Virus record (IMG/VR): IMGVR_UViG_3300046460_000148 | Span: 2,195 to 66,194 of that record | DNA from: a virus | Lineage: Duplodnaviria > Caudoviricetes | DNA length: 64,000 nt | Strand: one strand, 5' to 3' | Part shown: positions 20,001-29,975 of the stretch, in pieces | How the letters are laid out: each line of letters opens with the position of its first letter | Position numbering within the stretch: the first letter of the stretch is position 1 | Notes under the pieces: model-generated | Seen by the model: only the letters and a program-made list of their open reading frames with translations | Told to the model about the DNA's origin: nothing | Database searches by the model: none | Position numbers and translations under genes: made by a program

Positions 20001-20605
20001 AGCAGGAGGAGCTGAAGGCGGTTCAGCAGGAAATGTCGTATGCCTTTCAGGGCGCGCTCAAGGGCCTGATTTCCGATCTGGTCCACGGCAAGTCCGCGAC
20101 CGAGGCGCTTTATAACGCGGTCTCACAGTTGGCCGATCGCCTGCTCGATATCGCCCTCGACCAAATCTTCAAATCGCTGTTCAGCGGCGGCGCCGGGGCG
20201 GCAACCGGCGGCGGTCTCTTCGGTGGCCTGTTCGGCTTTGCGGCCGGCGGCTATACCGGCGACGGCAGCAAGAACCAGCCGAAGGGTGTGGTTCATGGCG
20301 GCGAATACGTCTTCTCGAAGAAGGCGACCAACCGGATCGGCGTCTCTAATCTGGAGGCGATGCACAAGGCCGCACAGCGCGGCTATGCCGAAGGCGGGTT
20401 CGTCCTGCCCCGGATTGGTGCCGGCGGTGGCGTAGCGCAAGCCGGAGCCGCCGCGCCGAACGTCGATGCCCGGACGACGGTCATAAACCGCTTCGACGCC
20501 TCCTCGTTCCTTTCGGAAGCGCTGGCGCACCCGGACGGGGCGAAGACCATCTTGAATGTCATCCGGGCGCAACCTGCCGTCTTCCGGCAGGCGTTGCAGG
20601 GCTGA
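17081..20605 (+). CDS. tape measure protein with internal NlpC/P60-like (TIGR02594-type) peptidase domain
   Basis: 1174 aa, Ala-rich helical; QLSQALG...EEFNSI; AWCAAFVN...GHVGF...VLGGNQ. Confidence 0.92.
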   Translation: MAATDLERLVVQLSADFKGYERGVSRARGVTNREFSAIERRAQSMNRNLDNIGKGFGRGLIAPLAGVGAALTVAEVIKYADAWKQAGNALKVSGVPAEKMTATLDRLFNIAQGAGADLGATVTLFSRLSQSAGELGATEEQLFKFTTGIGDALKVAGTDAGAASGALLQLSQALGGAVVHAEEFNSINEGARPILQAVANGMDKAGGSVSKLRAMVLDGNVTSKEFFAAFLKGSGELAKQAASASTTFGQAFQKIENAFTKYIGQTDESLGASRRLIVGLEALANNFGTVADVAINFASILAAGLLGRSIGKMVASFGLGIAALKKFMDALKAAQGVARTGILLGGLGSAAGPIGAAIAVGATAATIALGYLASKAEEAAERSKRVNEQLETMGLLANEAAPKVEEVAKSLDQMSKGDVARSLADINAEIDRLRSGGGFSSLGDELGSIAEKARAQTRGLVGLFSTSAIDKGGLDQIARLADDIANGNIAAEDALATLKEMEKTEISKPVLDLNKQLQFTITRFQAAQLGASKLGDTKQLDTYREAVKKAGDEAVALFDNLLSTMDRTGVSADTITQLETLRDGLKNGSISAETAKKALQEMANADYRFQNIVSAFAPVLDVITQSIKALEEFQKKAGAIGSTSMPGQTTFMPREGAQEETRRRAAKTFLDEQTALETRTANEKEIAALTEKLLKDAKEAGKAITDAEAAATARSIIEKREAAETRTSAANDIRKSLVDTAKDFSGFSENVPAQRNALQDFFKAANQNVDPKITAWCAAFVNAVLATNGLPSTGKLNARSFLDYGTATTEPKPGDLVILKRGSGNVQGHVGFFMGNDEGGGVRVLGGNQGDQVSEKTFKSEDVLGFRQVPGGSSDSLAQSVKLRQEQLKIIRETMAATAEETAGIAFETGTMSASNAEREKQRVIRETLLELEKQGVPITDELRAAVEAEAAARYTQVAAYDAAEQAADRLKEKQEELKAVQQEMSYAFQGALKGLISDLVHGKSATEALYNAVSQLADRLLDIALDQIFKSLFSGGAGAATGGGLFGGLFGFAAGGYTGDGSKNQPKGVVHGGEYVFSKKATNRIGVSNLEAMHKAAQRGYAEGGFVLPRIGAGGGVAQAGAAAPNVDARTTVINRFDASSFLSEALAHPDGAKTILNVIRAQPAVFRQALQG

Positions 20606-20611
20606 TCGATC

Positions 20612-21808
20612 ATGGCGACGATCTGGCCCTACCTGCCGAACATCAGGCGCGAGCCCTATGTCCTGACGCGGGAGTATCGTACCGACATCATCACCTCCCG
20701 GAATGGCAAGGAACAGCGGCGCGCGCTTCGGCAAACGCCGCGCAAGCGGGTGGAATATCTCACCGGCGTTGCCGGGGACTGCCTCCGGGAGTTTGATCGC
20801 TCGATGGTCTCCGCTCAGCGGCAGTTGCTGGCTATCCCGGATCGCGTCCGATTCGTGATCCTGCCCGATGGACTTGAGGGCGATGCCACGACCGTCACTC
20901 TCTCCCCTGTCCCCGCCTGGATTGCTGACGGCGTCGAATTGCTGCTGGTGTCCGGCTCCCGCGTGGCGGCTCGCACGGTTGAAAGTGTGGACTCCGGGGG
21001 AACGGTCACCTTCACCGAGTCCGAGGCGGCATCCTGGCCGGCCGGGACGCGGCTTTATCCGTCGCTTCACGGCTACCTCGATTCTAGCATCAAGGCGCCG
21101 GTCATCTCACCGCGCGGCGTGGTGGATATCGCCGTGGCTTTCGAGGTCGATGTCGGCAGTGAGCTGGCAGAGGATGCCGGCGCGGCACCCGTCACCTTTG
21201 CTGATCGCGAGGTTTTCTTGAAGCGTCCGAACCGCTGGGCGCCGATCGATCTTGAACGGTTGCAGGAGGGCGCCGCCGACGTCGATTATGGCTTCGGCCG
21301 CATCCGCCGGTTCTTCCCGATCGCGTTCGCGACCCGCGTCTGGGGCGCGGAATATACCGGCTGTGATTTCGACCATGCGGAACTCATCCGGCAATTCTTC
21401 GATCGCATGAAAGGCCGGCAGGGCGAGTTTTACATGCCGACGTGGCAGGCGGATTTCAAACCGGTTGCCGGCGTCACAGCGGCCGGCACGACATTGACCG
21501 TCGAGGGCGCGCTCTCATCCTTTACCGGCGACACAGTCTTCAAGGCGATCGCCCTCCGCAAGAAGAGTGACGGCTCCTGGTTGCTGCGCACGGTCAACTC
21601 GATCGCGCCTTCCGGCGGTTCTAACAGCGTGCTCACGGTCAGCGCCGCCTGGGGCGAAACGATCGCGCTCGCCGGCATCGACATGGTGTCGTGGTTGCCG
21701 GTCTGGCGGTTCGCGACTGACATCCTGGCAATGAGCTGGCCGCGCGAAGACGTGGCCGAGATGACCTTGTCATTTCAGATGCTCGAAAACCTGCCGGCCG
21801 AAACCTGA
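20612..21808 (+). CDS. distal tail/baseplate protein
   Basis: EYRTDIITSRNGKEQRRALRQTPR; GRQGEFYMPTW; follows tape measure gene. Confidence 0.7.
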   Translation: MATIWPYLPNIRREPYVLTREYRTDIITSRNGKEQRRALRQTPRKRVEYLTGVAGDCLREFDRSMVSAQRQLLAIPDRVRFVILPDGLEGDATTVTLSPVPAWIADGVELLLVSGSRVAARTVESVDSGGTVTFTESEAASWPAGTRLYPSLHGYLDSSIKAPVISPRGVVDIAVAFEVDVGSELAEDAGAAPVTFADREVFLKRPNRWAPIDLERLQEGAADVDYGFGRIRRFFPIAFATRVWGAEYTGCDFDHAELIRQFFDRMKGRQGEFYMPTWQADFKPVAGVTAAGTTLTVEGALSSFTGDTVFKAIALRKKSDGSWLLRTVNSIAPSGGSNSVLTVSAAWGETIALAGIDMVSWLPVWRFATDILAMSWPREDVAEMTLSFQMLENLPAET

Positions 21809-21823
21809 AGGGTCCGACCTCCC

Positions 21824-22681
21824 ATGTCATTCTCATCGATCGAAACAAGCCGGCACCGGGGACAGCCGGTCACGCTCTATCATTTCATCTACAGCGAAAC
21901 CGCCTATTTCGCCTACACCGACGCTGAAAACCCGATCACTCGACCCAGCGAAATAGCGTCGGGCGAAGACGTGATCTATGAGCCTATCCCAATCATGCGG
22001 GATGCCATCGTGTCCTCCGGCACTATGGACAAGTCGGCGCTGGCGATCCGCATGCCGCGCGACGTCGAGTTGGGCGATCTGTTCCGGGTCTATCCGCCGG
22101 CCCAGGTCGTGACCCTGATCATTCGACAAGGGCACCTCTCCGACACCGATGACCCGCCGGAGTTTCTTGTCATCTGGTCCGGCCGCGTCCTGTCCGTTGC
22201 CCGTGAGGGTGACGAATGCGTGGTCTCCTGCGAGCCCGTCTCGTCCTCTCTGCGGCGGCCGGGCCTACGCCGGCATTACCAGTTCGGATGCCCGCATGTC
22301 CTCTATGGGCCGCAGTGCAACGCGAACAAGGCCACCCATTCAATCTCGACCACGGTCAGCGCTCTATCCGGTTCTTCGATCACCCTGCCGTCCGGCTGGA
22401 ACGGCTCTTTCGATTCATCGAAGTTCATCGAAGGCGTCGTGGAATGGCTCAATGATGCCGGCGGCACGGAGCGCCGGAAAATCCTCAAGGTGACCGGCAA
22501 TGTCCTCCTGCTCGGCGGCTTGCTCCGGGACCTTGATGTTGGGGCAACGATCACGGCGGCGCTCGGCTGCAATCATCAAATGTCCGACTGCCAGAACCTG
22601 TTTGCCAACATCCAGAACTTCGGCGGTTGCCCGTGGATTCCAACGGAAAACCCGATCGGTCCCCGCAACAATTACTACTGA
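21824..22681 (+). CDS. BR0599-family tail tip protein
   Basis: CPHVLYGPQC, GCNH...C...NFGGCPWIP. Confidence 0.85.
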   Translation: MSFSSIETSRHRGQPVTLYHFIYSETAYFAYTDAENPITRPSEIASGEDVIYEPIPIMRDAIVSSGTMDKSALAIRMPRDVELGDLFRVYPPAQVVTLIIRQGHLSDTDDPPEFLVIWSGRVLSVAREGDECVVSCEPVSSSLRRPGLRRHYQFGCPHVLYGPQCNANKATHSISTTVSALSGSSITLPSGWNGSFDSSKFIEGVVEWLNDAGGTERRKILKVTGNVLLLGGLLRDLDVGATITAALGCNHQMSDCQNLFANIQNFGGCPWIPTENPIGPRNNYY

Positions 22682-22690
22682 GGCCCACAT

Positions 22691-22918
22691 ATGGCGTGGT
22701 TTATCCCGCTCCTGCTGGCGATCATTTTCAATGTCATCGCCTATCTTCTCGCGCCCAAGCCCAAGAAGGCAAAGCCGCCGGAAGTCAAAGACATGGACAA
22801 TCCCACGGCCGACGCCGGCCGGCCGGTCCCGGTTATCTTCGGAACAGTGACGGTCAAGGGCCTGAACGTCCTCTGGTACGGCGACAAGTCGCGCCAGACG
22901 AAGAAGGTCAAAGCATGA
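22691..22918 (+). CDS. small tail assembly protein
   Basis: PTADAGRPVPVIFGTV...NVLWYGD. Confidence 0.8.
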   Translation: MAWFIPLLLAIIFNVIAYLLAPKPKKAKPPEVKDMDNPTADAGRPVPVIFGTVTVKGLNVLWYGDKSRQTKKVKA

Positions 22919-23115
22919 GCAGGATCACCATCACCGATGTTCGGGATGCCGGCCATTGCGTGCGCGGCGCTCGGGAGTGGTTCGAGCGGCACGGCTTCGA
23001 TTTCCGGGCTTTCCTCAAAGACGGCATTTCCGAACAGGACTTCCTCGCCACCGGCGACGCCCTTGCCGGCGAGGTCGTGAAGAACAAGCATCGAAGGGAG
23101 CGCCCGCGTGGGTAA
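22915..23115 (+). CDS. small tail-module protein
   Basis: CVRGAREWFERHGFDFRAFLKDGI. Confidence 0.7.
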   Translation: MSRITITDVRDAGHCVRGAREWFERHGFDFRAFLKDGISEQDFLATGDALAGEVVKNKHRRERPRG

Positions 23116-26100
23116 AAAATCAAAGCCCAAGATTGAGGTGACGCTCTACTACATGTCGGAGCACTTCGGCATCTGCCACGGGCCGCTTGATTTCATCTCC
23201 GAGATCAAGGTTTCCGAAAAGGTCGCCTGGACCGGCACGAAGGCCACACAGGGCGATATCACCATCAATGAACCGGAGCTGTTCGGCGGCGCCAAGAAAG
23301 AGGGCGGCGTCCAGGGCTCGGTGCATTACCTGCCGGGCAACTATACGCAGACCATCCCGGAAGCGATCGCGGCAAAGCATGGGCGCACGACGGCGACGAT
23401 GCCGGCCTATCGCGGCATCGCGTCGGCGTTCTTCTATAACGGGCCGGGCGGGGGAGGGTTTTACTGGTCCGCCAACTCGCCCTACCTGCCGCCCGTCTGG
23501 ATCAAGGCCGCGCGCGCCTCGGTGGCGCTGAGCGAGGAACACGCCCGCATCTGGCGCGGCGCGGAGCGCTCCACCCGGACGATCTCCAACATCAATGTCG
23601 GCTTCTTGGACACCGGCCGGAAGCTGTGGGACGTTTCCGGCTCCTATCTGGTGCACGCATCGACAGACCACACCCAGGTGATAATCGAAGACCTACGCAC
23701 GGGCTCGGTGCGCGCCACGATCAACCTCGGTTACACGCCGGTCTGGGTCTACATCAGCGAATCCGCAAGTCAGGTCCTGGTCCTCGCGATCGACGGCACG
23801 ATGCACGCCTACAACATGTTCGGGGGCGAAGTTACCTCGGTCGATACGCCGGACCCGACTTTCGGCGGGGTTGATACAGCCGGGAGCCTGACGGGGCCGC
23901 CGACCGAGATTGTCGTTGACGGCGCCACCTATCTGTTCTGGATGCGCTGGAATGACGTCGTCTGTTGTACATACTCGGGCGGCGGCTGGGGCTTTAACTG
24001 GTCCGGGCATCCGTGGGGCCTCTTCGGTGTCACCGGCGGGGTCATCGCGGCGGGACCTGACCACCTTGTTATCCGCATGCCGTTCGGCGGCTGCTATTAT
24101 GTGGACTGGTCACCGCTTGCCATTGGTTTCTTCGGTTTTACCAATATCGATTTCCTGGGGCTTCTCGGCTGGCACGTCTCGACATCTGACCCTATTCACA
24201 GCGTTTCATATGTCCCCGACACCGGCACGTGGTTTTTCACCATCGGCGGCGGATTTGACGCCACTCTCAATTCCGATTGCACTGCCGTCGTTGCACAAGG
24301 CGTTACCGGCGAATCATTAAGCACCGACACATCGCTTGCTCAGCCGGTTAAATCCCGGCGCATCCTGGACGGCGCGACCGCTGCCGCGTTCATCTCCTCG
24401 GCCGACGCCTATTTCGTTGATGTCACATCAGGAGACGTGATCGACAGCATCGCCTTTTCCGAGTTCGGTATAGCCAACGCGCCTACGCTGGACGCTGGCT
24501 GGTCCGAGGAAGAGCGCGCATTTGTCCTCAAGACCCCCACCGCCGCCTATGTGCTCTTTCTGCCGACCAATGCCTTTGACAGCAACCCGGCACACATCAT
24601 CTTCGACAGCCTGACGAACACCGACTGGGGCATGGGTTCGCCCACGACCGCCATTGACGTCGATAGCTTTCACAGCGCGGCAGCGGTGCTTTACGGCGAG
24701 CAGTTCGGTCTATCGATGATCTGGACGAAGCAATCCACCATCGAAAGCTTTATCGGCGAAGTGCTGGATCACATCGAGGCGGTGCTGTTCGTCAACCCGG
24801 CAACCGGTCTGCTGACCCTCAAGCTGATCCGCAATGATTACGACCCGGACGATTTGCCGATTTTTACTCCGGACAATTGCGTGGTCACCAGCTTCGGCCG
24901 GAAGCTGTGGGGTGAAACGATCAATGAGATCGTCGTCACCTTCACCAATCCGGCCAATGAAGAGGATCAGACGGTTATCGCTCAGGACCTCGCCAACATC
25001 GAGGCGCAAGGCGGCATCGTCTCCGACGGTCGCAATTACTACGGGGTGCGGGTCCGGTCGCTGGCCGCCGGTCTCGCTCAGCGTGACCTCCGGGCCGCCG
25101 CGACGCCGCTAGCCTCCTGTGACATCGAGGCCAACCGTGAGGCGTGGGATTTGCTGCCCGGCGGCGTGCTCAAAATCCATTCCCCTGATGACGGCGTGAA
25201 CAGCATCATCATGCGGATCGGACGAGTTGATTACGGCAAGCCGGGTGACCCCAAGGTTCGCGCCTCCCTCGTTGAAGACATCTTTTCGCTGCCGCTGGCC
25301 GATTACACCATCCCGCCGGACAGCGAATGGGAACCGGTGTCGGAAGAGCCGACGCCGGCCGCTGCCACGCTGGTCTTCACCCTGCCCTACTACATGATGG
25401 TCAATGAGGTTGACGCCATCGTCCTGCTGACCGGGATTGAATATCCGGAGACCTTCGCCGGAGTGCTTGCCGCCCAGACCGGCCAGGACACGGCGGAGTT
25501 CGAGCTTTTCGAAGCGGACGGCGATGACATCGGGACCAAGACGATCGTCAGCCGCGACGTGCTGGCGGCGGACATCGTCCCGGAAGTGGAAACCACGCTG
25601 CCGGCATTCCCGGACCGGACACAAGGCGACGCGCCGACGGTCGGCGGCATGATGCTGATCGAGGGCGAGGATGATACCGAAACCGAGCTTTGCCTGATCA
25701 CCGCCGGGAGCACGACCACGGGATGGACGATCACGCGCGGCGTGCTCGATACCGTTCCGCGTGCGTGGCCGGCCGGCACGCCGGTGTGGTTCATCGATGA
25801 GAACCTTGAGAACACCGACGACACCATCCGATCGGAAGCGGAGACCGTCGATTACAAGGTGCTGACGCGGACCTCGCTCGGCCTGCTGGACTTGGGCGCC
25901 GCTCCCATCATCTCCGCCACGCTTTCGGCCCGGCCGCATCTGCCGCTGCGGCCGGCTGACGTCAAGGTGGATGGCGATGACGGCTTCGCCGGCGTGGTTG
26001 ATGAACGCGGCGCTGACCCTGTTCCGGTCACCTGGGCAAACCGCAACCGGCTGACCGAGGACACGGTGGTGCTCGCCTGGGATGCCGGCGACGTAACACC

Positions 26101-26344
26101 CGAGGACGGCCAGACCACGCGCATTGACATCATCAACGGGTCTGGAACAGTGGTGTTCACGCATGATGATTTGCCCGGCACCAGCTTCGACATCCCGGCT
26201 GCATCGTTCGCCGGAGTAGCAACCGGCAGGATCAAGGTCAGCGCCAAGCGCGATGACCTCATTTCGCTACAAGGGTACGAGATCGCGGTGATGATCGACT
26301 CCGGCTACGGCGATGGTTACGGCTACAATTATGGAGGGGCCTAA
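23108..26344 (+). CDS. central tail/hub protein with inserted domain
   Basis: GICHGPLD, NPAHIIFDSLT, LKLIRNDY, ITRGVLDTVP. Confidence 0.85.
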   Translation: MGKKSKPKIEVTLYYMSEHFGICHGPLDFISEIKVSEKVAWTGTKATQGDITINEPELFGGAKKEGGVQGSVHYLPGNYTQTIPEAIAAKHGRTTATMPAYRGIASAFFYNGPGGGGFYWSANSPYLPPVWIKAARASVALSEEHARIWRGAERSTRTISNINVGFLDTGRKLWDVSGSYLVHASTDHTQVIIEDLRTGSVRATINLGYTPVWVYISESASQVLVLAIDGTMHAYNMFGGEVTSVDTPDPTFGGVDTAGSLTGPPTEIVVDGATYLFWMRWNDVVCCTYSGGGWGFNWSGHPWGLFGVTGGVIAAGPDHLVIRMPFGGCYYVDWSPLAIGFFGFTNIDFLGLLGWHVSTSDPIHSVSYVPDTGTWFFTIGGGFDATLNSDCTAVVAQGVTGESLSTDTSLAQPVKSRRILDGATAAAFISSADAYFVDVTSGDVIDSIAFSEFGIANAPTLDAGWSEEERAFVLKTPTAAYVLFLPTNAFDSNPAHIIFDSLTNTDWGMGSPTTAIDVDSFHSAAAVLYGEQFGLSMIWTKQSTIESFIGEVLDHIEAVLFVNPATGLLTLKLIRNDYDPDDLPIFTPDNCVVTSFGRKLWGETINEIVVTFTNPANEEDQTVIAQDLANIEAQGGIVSDGRNYYGVRVRSLAAGLAQRDLRAAATPLASCDIEANREAWDLLPGGVLKIHSPDDGVNSIIMRIGRVDYGKPGDPKVRASLVEDIFSLPLADYTIPPDSEWEPVSEEPTPAAATLVFTLPYYMMVNEVDAIVLLTGIEYPETFAGVLAAQTGQDTAEFELFEADGDDIGTKTIVSRDVLAADIVPEVETTLPAFPDRTQGDAPTVGGMMLIEGEDDTETELCLITAGSTTTGWTITRGVLDTVPRAWPAGTPVWFIDENLENTDDTIRSEAETVDYKVLTRTSLGLLDLGAAPIISATLSARPHLPLRPADVKVDGDDGFAGVVDERGADPVPVTWANRNRLTEDTVVLAWDAGDVTPEDGQTTRIDIINGSGTVVFTHDDLPGTSFDIPAASFAGVATGRIKVSAKRDDLISLQGYEIAVMIDSGYGDGYGYNYGGA

Positions 26345-27162
26345 TGGCTCAAAGAACGCTTCCCGGCATTGGCCTCACCGGCTTCTGGCCGCTTGGATAC
26401 GACGGCTGGAATACCGAGAATGACGTCAATCTCCGGCTCCTCTCCGCGCTTGTCCAGGCGCGCGCGATCAGCCGCACCACGGCGCTCCCCGGCTCCCCAA
26501 CCGATGGTGACATTTACATTGTCCCGGACGGTGCCGGCAGCAACCCCAATGAGATCGCCATCCGCGATAATGGTGCCTGGGTCTACGTCGTGCCCGAGGA
26601 AGGCTTCAGGTTCTATGTCGATGACGACAATGAAAACATTCAGTTCGACGGCGCGAATTGGATAGGATTTGCCGCCGGCCTTTCTGATGCGCCGAGTGAC
26701 GGCACGATTTACGGTCGAAAGGACGCGGCCTGGGAAGCGGTGCCGAGCGGTCTTTCCGATGCTCCCAGCGATGGCACGATCTATGGGCGGAAAGACGCCG
26801 CTTGGGAGGCAGTGCCGGACGGCCCGACGAGCATCGAGCTTTCACTCTTCGCCGCCGGCGAGCTGACTGCGACCGAATTGATTTTCCGGCATGAGGCGAC
26901 GCAAGCCTTCACCATCCCGGCCGGCATGACGGGCTCGCGCGGCTCTTCCGCAGTAGCGGCGACGGGAACACCGGCGCTATCGGTCAAGAAGAACGGCGCG
27001 TCAGTCGGGACCGCGACATGGTCCGCCGCCGGCACGACGGCGGCGCTGGCGATGGCGTCTCCCACGGCCTTCGCAATTGGTGACATCCTGTCTGTGACCG
27101 CTCCGGCTTCACCGGATGCAACGCTTGCCGATGTCTCGCTGTCCATCGTTGGAGATTTGTAA
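26344..27162 (+). CDS. tail fibre protein (DUF2793-like N-terminus, tandem foldon-like motifs)
   Basis: PGSPTDGDIYIVP...W; two copies of GLSDAPSDGTIYGRKDAAWEAVP. Confidence 0.7.
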   Translation: MAQRTLPGIGLTGFWPLGYDGWNTENDVNLRLLSALVQARAISRTTALPGSPTDGDIYIVPDGAGSNPNEIAIRDNGAWVYVVPEEGFRFYVDDDNENIQFDGANWIGFAAGLSDAPSDGTIYGRKDAAWEAVPSGLSDAPSDGTIYGRKDAAWEAVPDGPTSIELSLFAAGELTATELIFRHEATQAFTIPAGMTGSRGSSAVAATGTPALSVKKNGASVGTATWSAAGTTAALAMASPTAFAIGDILSVTAPASPDATLADVSLSIVGDL

Positions 27163-28151
27163 TGAGCATCCTTGCTGCCGCCACTTCGCGCGCCGATTTC
27201 TACACGGTGGGAACGACTGCCGCCATCACGACGGCGGCCAAGATCGCGCCCTACGCCAAAGAGGGCGTCTCCATCACGGGCGATACCAGCTACGCACGAA
27301 TCCTGTTTCCGTCGGCGTTGGCTGAAGGCTGGTTCCAGTTCTATGTCAATATCAATGCTACCGTTGCCGGCAGCACGACCGGGCAAATGTTTCGTCTCAA
27401 GAGCGGCGAAACCGGGCAAACACTATTCCAACTTGACTTCGATGCCGCTGCCGGCAACTCCCTTGAATACTGGAACGGTAGCGCCTTTGTCGAAGTCAGC
27501 GAAACGACCACTTTCAACATCGCCCGCTTCAAAATCGACGTCCAGTTTAAGATGGACAATTCAGCAGGCTATTTCCGGGTGTACGTGAACGACACACTCA
27601 TCCATGAGCTAACCGGAGATACGATTTTCACGGCGGCGACAACGCTGGACACGCTCGAACTCGCGTGTCCGAACAACGTGGGGCTCGGCAACGGTCAATA
27701 TGATTTCTCCGGCTTTATCCTCGCCGACGAGGACACCCGGTCGATGATCTTCCATCAGGGGCAGGCAACCGCCGATGGCGCGAATACGGCATGGACCGGG
27801 GTATATACCGACGTCACAAAGCTCGACCGAAACGACAGCACCTTCATCGAGTCCGGGACGGCGGCTCAGCTTGAAACATACGTCATGGATGACGTGCACA
27901 CTGATCTCGCGGCCTATGTCCCGCGCGCCGTCGTTCTCTCCACGCGCACCCGGCGCGGCGCGACGGGGCCGCAGAACATGCAAGGCGTCGTCCGGCAGGG
28001 CGGCAGCGACTTCACTACCTCGAACATCTCCGGCATCAACACGGCTTACGGCACCCGGCAGGCGGTGATGAATACCAATCCGGCCACCGGCGCGGCCTGG
28101 ACCATTGCCGAAGTCAACGCGGCTGAGTTCGGCGTGAAGGCGATCGCCTGA
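27162..28151 (+). CDS. tail fibre/receptor-binding-type virion protein
   Basis: Beta-rich; C-terminal NPATGAAWTIAEVNAAEFGV. Confidence 0.65.
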   Translation: MSILAAATSRADFYTVGTTAAITTAAKIAPYAKEGVSITGDTSYARILFPSALAEGWFQFYVNINATVAGSTTGQMFRLKSGETGQTLFQLDFDAAAGNSLEYWNGSAFVEVSETTTFNIARFKIDVQFKMDNSAGYFRVYVNDTLIHELTGDTIFTAATTLDTLELACPNNVGLGNGQYDFSGFILADEDTRSMIFHQGQATADGANTAWTGVYTDVTKLDRNDSTFIESGTAAQLETYVMDDVHTDLAAYVPRAVVLSTRTRRGATGPQNMQGVVRQGGSDFTTSNISGINTAYGTRQAVMNTNPATGAAWTIAEVNAAEFGVKAIA

Positions 28152-28152
28152 T

Positions 28153-29091
28153 ATGACATTATCCCCATCCCCGTTTACCTTCGTTGGCGCAAGTAACGCG
28201 GCAGAAGTAGCGAGCGGCAATCTGACGCTTGTCACCACCGGCGTCACAATTCAGACCGGTGACCTAGTTATCGCCTGTATTGCATATCGTGACACGCCCG
28301 CCTTCTCGGCTCCGGACGCGAGCTGGTCGATCGTTGAACAGCAATCAAGCGGCAACGTCGCGACGGTAGCCAGCACGGCTATTGCGTCCGGCGTGATGAT
28401 GGTCTGCCAATCGTGGCCCGCGTCTGCGCCCAGCCTCGTCTTCGGGCGCACCGGCGGGGATGTCGCCCGAGGCGTGCTGCTGGTCTATCGAGGGCAGAAG
28501 GCGGCGGGCTCGCTCAACGTGCACAGCTCGTTCACGACGGCGGCGGCGTCAACGACATCGTCCACTCCATCGATCACGACGACGACTGACGAGGAGTTGA
28601 TCGTCGCAATGGTTGCGGGCGGCGTCAACAGCGGGTCGTCGGCTTTTAGGGCGGTAACCGATCCGACAACGCAGAGCGGCACGACCACCGACACTACCGA
28701 ATACGGGGTGGAGGGCGCGTGGCTTGAACGCCATGACAGCACGACGAACACCGGGGCCAGGTGTTCGATCGGCGTCGCCTCTGCGGTTAAGTCGGCCGCC
28801 GGGGCAACCGGGGAAATACGGTCCACCCAGACCCAGACGTCCAGGTTCGTGACGATCGCCGCGTCGTTCAAGAACGCCGGGCAGGATCGTTCGACGGTCC
28901 AGGCTTCGAAGGCGTCCCGCTATGACGTGGTTGGGCCGAACGATGACGGGGTCAGCGTCTCCAAGGTATCCCGCTATGACGTCTTCATGGCTGTCGGCGT
29001 AGTGTCCATCACCAAGCTCTCTCGATATGACGTGCTTGTTCCAGGCGAGAGCGCGGTCAAACGGCGCGTCCAAAACATCAACTATCACTAA
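28153..29091 (+). CDS. Thr/Ser-rich virion protein
   Basis: GDLVIACI, TPSITTT; three C-terminal (S/T)KxSRYDV repeats. Confidence 0.6.
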   Translation: MTLSPSPFTFVGASNAAEVASGNLTLVTTGVTIQTGDLVIACIAYRDTPAFSAPDASWSIVEQQSSGNVATVASTAIASGVMMVCQSWPASAPSLVFGRTGGDVARGVLLVYRGQKAAGSLNVHSSFTTAAASTTSSTPSITTTTDEELIVAMVAGGVNSGSSAFRAVTDPTTQSGTTTDTTEYGVEGAWLERHDSTTNTGARCSIGVASAVKSAAGATGEIRSTQTQTSRFVTIAASFKNAGQDRSTVQASKASRYDVVGPNDDGVSVSKVSRYDVFMAVGVVSITKLSRYDVLVPGESAVKRRVQNINYH

Positions 29092-29114
29092 TCCCAAACA
29101 TCAGGAGCGCCACG

Positions 29115-29975
29115 ATGGCGGCCAAGAATTTTGACGACTCCCTCGCCAGGGTGCTTGTCCATGAGGGCGGCTATGTCGATGATCCGAGAGACCCCGGCGG
29201 GGCGACAAATCAGGGGATCACACAGCGGACTTACGACGCCTACCGGCGGAGCAAGAAGCAGTCCACCCGCGCCGTCCGGCTCATGACGCCGCCGGAGCGC
29301 AATGAGATTTACCGGCGGCAATACTGGGACGCGATCCAAGGCGACACGTTGCCGGACGGAATCGATTATGTCCTGTTTGACGGCGCCGTGCATAGCGGTC
29401 CGAAGCAGTCGATCAAATGGCTACAGCGCGCGCTCGGCCCTTCCTACCACGGGGCGATTGATGGCGTGATCGGCCTCGCCACCTTCGCGGCGCTTGAGTC
29501 GACCACGAACTATTCCCAGCTCATCGACCGGATTTGCGATCGGCGGCTGGCCTTTCTCCGGACGCTCGACGGCTGGGCGCCCTTCGGCAATGGCTGGAAG
29601 CGGCGCGTGGCCAATGTCCGGGCGGTCGCCAAGGCTGACGCCCTGGATATCAAGAATCCGTCCACGGTCCTTGCGGTTCCGCTGCCCGGCGGCGAGGCAA
29701 AGGCGAGGATAGAGGATGCGCGCCGGGCTCCATCGAAAGCGCCAGGAGACGCGGCAACCGGTGGCGGACTCGGCGGTCTCGGGATTGCCGGCGTCCTGCA
29801 AGGGCTTCAAGAGCAACTGACGCCATACAGCATCGCCGGCGGCTGGATCGGAAGGCTCGTGATTATCCTGGCCGTCAGCGGCGCGCTCCTCGCTATCGGC
29901 GGCATCGCCTACCGCTGGTATGCAAAGCGGCAGCAAGCCAAGATCGCTGACGCACTCGACGTGGTGCCGGCATGA
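29115..29975 (+). CDS. endolysin, glycoside hydrolase family 108, with C-terminal membrane segments
   Basis: HEGGYVDDPRDPGGATNQGIT, FDGAVHSG, FGNGWKRRV. Confidence 0.92.
   Translation: MAAKNFDDSLARVLVHEGGYVDDPRDPGGATNQGITQRTYDAYRRSKKQSTRAVRLMTPPERNEIYRRQYWDAIQGDTLPDGIDYVLFDGAVHSGPKQSIKWLQRALGPSYHGAIDGVIGLATFAALESTTNYSQLIDRICDRRLAFLRTLDGWAPFGNGWKRRVANVRAVAKADALDIKNPSTVLAVPLPGGEAKARIEDARRAPSKAPGDAATGGGLGGLGIAGVLQGLQEQLTPYSIAGGWIGRLVIILAVSGALLAIGGIAYRWYAKRQQAKIADALDVVPA

Noticed and set aside
26344-29091. Diversity-generating retroelement or invertible tail fibre system
   Set aside because: No reverse transcriptase or invertase seen; the repeat pair differs at synonymous sites, not specifically at adenines.
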